Source: Anolis carolinensis
Lineage: Eukaryota
Assembly (NCBI RefSeq): GCF_035594765.1
Contig: NC_085842.1
Span: forward strand, 294,361,749 to 294,425,748
Direction: 5' to 3'
Length of the DNA: 64,000 nucleotides
Made by a program: the position numbers and the translations under genes. The notes under the pieces are model-generated. The model was not told the DNA's origin. It ran no database searches and saw nothing but the letters and a program-made list of their open reading frames with translations. Shown piece after piece: positions 59,918 to 64,000 of this stretch. The first letter of the stretch is position 1. Each line of letters opens with the position of its first letter.

Positions 59918-61710
59918 GTCTAGTGCCATAATCCCAAGAAGGCAGAGCATCTTGGAATGAATATCATGTATGTTCTGTCTTATCTTCTCATACAGAAGTC
60001 ACATAAACATAAAGTGTAAGAAAAATAAGTTTATACCAAGTTAATCGCAAGCTCCTGAAAAAAACTTTCTTATAATTACTGAAGACATGCAGAGAATGAC
60101 TAGAAATGAAATAAGCTATTTATACTTTTTAAAGTGCAGTCTTGAGAGTCCTTCATAATCTACCAATTACTCAAAAGAACAGGTGAGTATACGCAAGGTC
60201 ATTTAAAGGATTAGATATTTAGCAGTTTTGGGATGAGAGAAAGTGGCAACAGGAAATGCTGCTAAAGAGTAAAAAAAAATGTATTTATCTCAACAAAGTG
60301 GAATTCAGTCTATATATGTAATGCCTTCAGAAAGATCTCTGGCAAAGCTGAAATCGGAACACTCCTGCCAGCAGATCTTAACCTGGATATGGCAAATAAT
60401 AGAAGAAAAAGTCCATTTTGGGGGGGCATTACACTCCTTCCTTATTTGAAGAAAAAAGAAAGAGAATCTACCAAATAAAGACCACTCTCTGATCAAGTGA
60501 GAATTTGAATAAATGGCTAGAGGGAGATATGGTTATTATTAATAAAATAATAGAGGCTAATTCGTTAGTAAGAAGATTGACAGGGAAGTAGTTTGTAAAT
60601 GTCTGTGACTCTGGGAAGAAGGGTGGATTGAATAAAGCAAGATTTTAGATTGTACTTTGTTAATATATATGACATTGTATATATATTGTGGAAAATTTAT
60701 TTTAAAAAATAAAAATTCATCCCAGTAGAATGAGGGAAGGAAACGAACTTCATGGATTTGTGTTTTCTCTGCATCTCCCAGCATTGGCTCTTATATTATG
60801 CTAAAATGTCTCCAAATCCTCTGCATCAGAAACTGAAGGTAGATTATTCTTCCATTGGATCAGAAGTCTCCCTTCCATTCGCAAGAAAGATACGTTAGAT
60901 CCAGTCTGCAGGACTCATTCATCAGCCTAACTACATTCTTCCTCAGGTTTGCACTATATACTACTATCTCAGTCCATTATTTTGAAGGGAGATAAGTTTA
61001 TGCAGAATGTTGCATTTCATAGGCCTGAAATTATACTGCCACACTTTTTGCAACATACAGTACATTGATAACAGGATAGGTAAATTGGAGATTTCAACTA
61101 GTATCCTCGAAGTGCAGTGAGAGGCGGGTAAGAAACAAAATTATTATTATTATTATTATTCTGTGCTCAGAATGGGAATGTCAAATAGCATTCTATGCTC
61201 ATACATTATCAGCGATCCTACATAAAATCAAAGGCAACTTTCCAAAGATGTCCAATTGAAAATAAGGCAACTTCTTAAACAGTTTATAATTTTAATTGCT
61301 TCCTTCAAATCTGAAAAACTACAAAAAGAATATAATTATATCGAAGCTTCAATTGAGACCTACTGTGTGTTACTGTGAAAAATATACCATCTCAAGGTCC
61401 AAAGCAGATAATAGCATGAAAGATCTGTGTTTTCTCATTTTTAAGCATTAAGACATACTATCTACAGGTCAAAAACAGATAATAGTATGAAAAATATGTA
61501 TTTTCTAATTTAAAGTATAAAAACGTACCATCTCGGGATCCAAAATAGTACTGGAGATCTGTGTCTATTAATTTTTTAAAAACTGCTTAAAATTGCAGAC
61601 ATATAAATTCCTCATGCGGCTCCCTTCACCTACTGACCAAATATGGATAGTACTACGTACTATTAAATATGAAATAAATCGCATCAGAATTATTTGATAC
61701 CACATTCCTC

Positions 61711-62299
61711 CTAAAGCAGCTCCACTGGCTTCCAATGAGTTTCTGGGTCCAATTCAAAATGCAGCCCTATACGCTTTGGGTCCAACCTATCTTCGAGACT
61801 GCATCTCCTTCTATGAACCAGCATTGAGATCTGCTGGGGAGGCCCTTCTCTCGGTCCCACTACCGTCTCAAATAAGGTTGGTGGAGAGGAGAGAGAGGGC
61901 CTTTTCGGTGGTGGCAACACGGCTCTGGAATGCCCTTCCAAGAGAGATCAGGCTAGCCCCCCTTGCTTCAAGCTTTCCATTCCAGTTTAAAAACATGGGT
62001 TTTAAAACAAGCCTTTGATCTTACATAGATTTTTAGGGTTAGTCCGAGGACTTACTGTTGGTGTTATGTCGGCACTGGGTAGGTATGTGTCAACTGGAAA
62101 CAACTTTTTATCTATAACTGCATTTTATGAATTGTAATGTTTTACATTTTGTATGTGCGTGATCGTAATTTTATCATTTTATTGTTGTAGATTTATGTAT
62201 TGTCTATATGAGGCACTTCACAGTATTTTGTTAGCCACCCCGAGTCCCTTTGGGGAAGATGGTGGCAGGGTAGAAATAAAATTTATTATTATTTATTAT
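61711..62299 (+). mobile_element. L2 LINE 3' fragment
   Basis: GPTYLRDCIS...RAFSVVATRLWNALPREIR; UTR and AGCCACCCCGAGTCCC stem, (TTA)n. Confidence 0.85.
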
Positions 62300-62610
62300 A
62301 CAGCCGAATAATAGACAAATACGGGGTACGAAGGTAGTGTCACTTCTGCACCTCAATCCGGGTGGGCTGTTTCAGCACTTCACCAATGTGTTAGAAGTGA
62401 TATGGTGACACTTCCTTTTTGTCTGTTTGCTTCAGATGGTGGCAGGGTAGAAATAAAATTTATTATTATTTATTATACAGCCGAAAAATAGACAAACACG
62501 GGGCATGAAGGTAGTGTCACTTCTGCACCTCAATCCGGGTGGGCTGTTTCAGCACTTCACCAATGTGTTAGAAGTGATATGGTGACACTTCCTTTTTGTC
62601 TGTTTGCTTC
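62257..62610. repeat. 177-bp tandem duplication (62257-62433 / 62434-62610)
   Basis: Two copies differing at a handful of bases; AG microhomology at the junction. Confidence 0.9.
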
Positions 62611-62896
62611 AGCTGATTTCCAGAGGTTGGTAAATGCTACATCAAGCTGAAATGGCATGTTTTCAGGCAGTTTGGGCCATCCTGGGTAAATTGGGGATAG
62701 AAAATACCGCCTGCCCAACAGCATTTAAGAATTCGAGTGAATGGTAGAGTATGTTATACTTATTTGGCACAAGTTGCCATTTGAATACAGATCTAGACAC
62801 ATTTCATTATTTTTGAATGTATATTTTCTGATTGTATATTAGATTGTGTCAAATAATAAAATGATTTTTTTTAAAGGGGGTTGTCCGAGAGCAGAG

Positions 62897-62993
62897 CAGG
62901 TCTGGGCCAACTTGAGCCCTCCAGGGGTTTTGGACTTCAACTCCCACAATTCCTAGCAGCCTACCCTGGAGGGCTCAAGTTGGCCCAGACTTG
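62897..62993. mobile_element. Internally deleted hAT-type MITE
   Basis: GTCTGGGCCAACTTGAGCCCTCCAGGG / CCCTGGAGGGCTCAAGTTGGCCCAGAC perfect inverted arms. Confidence 0.75.
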
Positions 62994-63169
62994 GTATAGA
63001 GCCAACCTCAGGTACAACCTTTCCTGATTCGAGTGTTTTTCCATCACTCTTTGTCATATCGAACACGCTCTGACCTGTTTTGGTTTTCATCTGTGACATT
63101 ATTGAGGGATTTTTGTCTCAACTGTGAGGGGAAAAACCAGTGGTGCAAACAAGGCCCGCCTCGCCTCAC

Positions 63170-63296
63170 CTGCCCAGGTTTCGTGCTTTGGGATGCGGTA
63201 GTATTGGTTCCCGAAGGGGTCGCTGCCTACATACTCTTTCGCCGGACCCGAAGCGCGGAGCCATGCGGAACGCAACAGCCGCCAAACGCCGCTCAT
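63170..63296 (-). CDS. NDUFAF2: NDUFAF2 exon 1 coding part (127 nt)
   Basis: gccATG in good Kozak context; MSGVWRLLRSAWLRASGPAKEYVGSDPFGNQYYRIPKHETWA is an Arg-rich mitochondrial presequence plus the VGxDxFGNxYY NDUFA12-family motif; donor CAG|GTGAGG. Exons sum to 127+90+41+255=513 nt (170 aa + stop). Confidence 0.95.
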
Positions 63297-63324
63297 GGCG
63301 CCGAAGCTCTGGCAGGCCGCAGGA

Positions 63325-64000
63325 AGGACACGCCCCCTCAGAGAGGCCCCGCCCTCCACGTACATCACGCCCCTAACTCACAGAAGCCCCGCCCACAAGG
63401 AAGGAACCGCCGGGATACAAGCCACGCCCCAAACTCAAAGAAGCCCCGCCCATAGGGAAAGTAAATCGTTCGGCTATAAGCCACGCCCCCAAACTCGAAG
63501 AAGCTCCGCCTACTAAAGGAAAAACAACGTTGGTCGACAAGCAACGCCCCATATTCAATGAAGCCACACCCACTAATAAAAGACACCGTTGGGCGACAAG
63601 CCTCGCCCCCAAATTCGACGAAGCCCCGCCCACTAAAAGACAACCTTGGGCAAAACGTCACGCCCCCATTCTATGAAGCCACGCCCAGTAAAGGGAAGAT
63701 AATGTTGGGCTAAACGCCATGCCTCCGAACTCGAAGGAGCTCCGCCCACTGGGGAGACAACGTTGGGCTAAACGCCACGCCCCCGCCCACAAGGAAAGAA
63801 ACCTTTAGGTTTACAAGCCACGCCCCCGAGCTCCATGAAGCCCCGCCCACTAGAGAATATACCTTTGGACGAACTCGACCAAGCCCCGCCCACTAAGGAG
63901 AAGGCACAGTTGGGCGAAACGCCACGCCCACTACAGAAGACATTGTTGGGCTACAAGCCACGCCCCTGAACTCGACGAAGCCCCGCCCACTAAGGCGAAG
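63325..64000. repeat. Degenerate ~59-bp GC-box/GT-box minisatellite in the NDUFAF2 promoter CpG island
   Basis: About 12 units of AAGCCACGCCCC-AACTCGA-GAAGCCCCGCCCACTAA...CGTTGGGC; runs off the window end. Confidence 0.85.

Noticed and set aside
63325-64000. CRISPR-like repeat-spacer array, or coding ORFs 63365-63661 and 63373-63633
   Set aside because: Eukaryotic context; spacers are homologous to one another (degenerate tandem repeat); no cas genes; the ORFs are repeat translations.

Overview
Vertebrate genomic DNA. The repeats (Sauria SINE, 5S-derived SINE, CR1, L2, RTE, Penelope, hAT/Tc1 MITEs) point to a squamate, most likely an Anolis lizard. The window holds two convergent genes in the mammalian order. 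SMIM15 (+) has a single coding exon at 5741-5968. NDUFAF2 (-) has four coding exons (63170-63296, 35285-35374, 27972-28012, 9393-9647) giving 170 aa. NDUFAF2 intron 3 carries a young, full-length Ty3/Gypsy retrotransposon of the Tf1/sushi type (9842-16238, AGACC target-site duplication), in the same orientation as the gene and 194 bp from the last exon. This element is the most interesting part of the window. (1) It has no tRNA primer-binding site, but an 11-nt site complementary to its own predicted 5' end, which indicates self-priming. (2) It has a GGGAAAA plus 12-bp hairpin -1 frameshift signal. (3) It has a ~725-nt AUG-free leader. (4) Its integrase lacks the chromodomain and instead reads ~430 nt into the 3' LTR, adding an acidic tail with DLFAEPTDEDSFEGF. 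This matches the LEDGF/p75 IBD-binding motif (TND-interacting, FxGF) and suggests host-factor tethering of integration to transcribed chromatin. Other points: a Penelope-derived minimal hammerhead ribozyme between the two 3' ends, a ~59-bp GC-box/GT-box minisatellite in the NDUFAF2 promoter, and local template-switch duplications. Boundaries of degraded repeats are approximate, and all family names come from recognition, not database searches.
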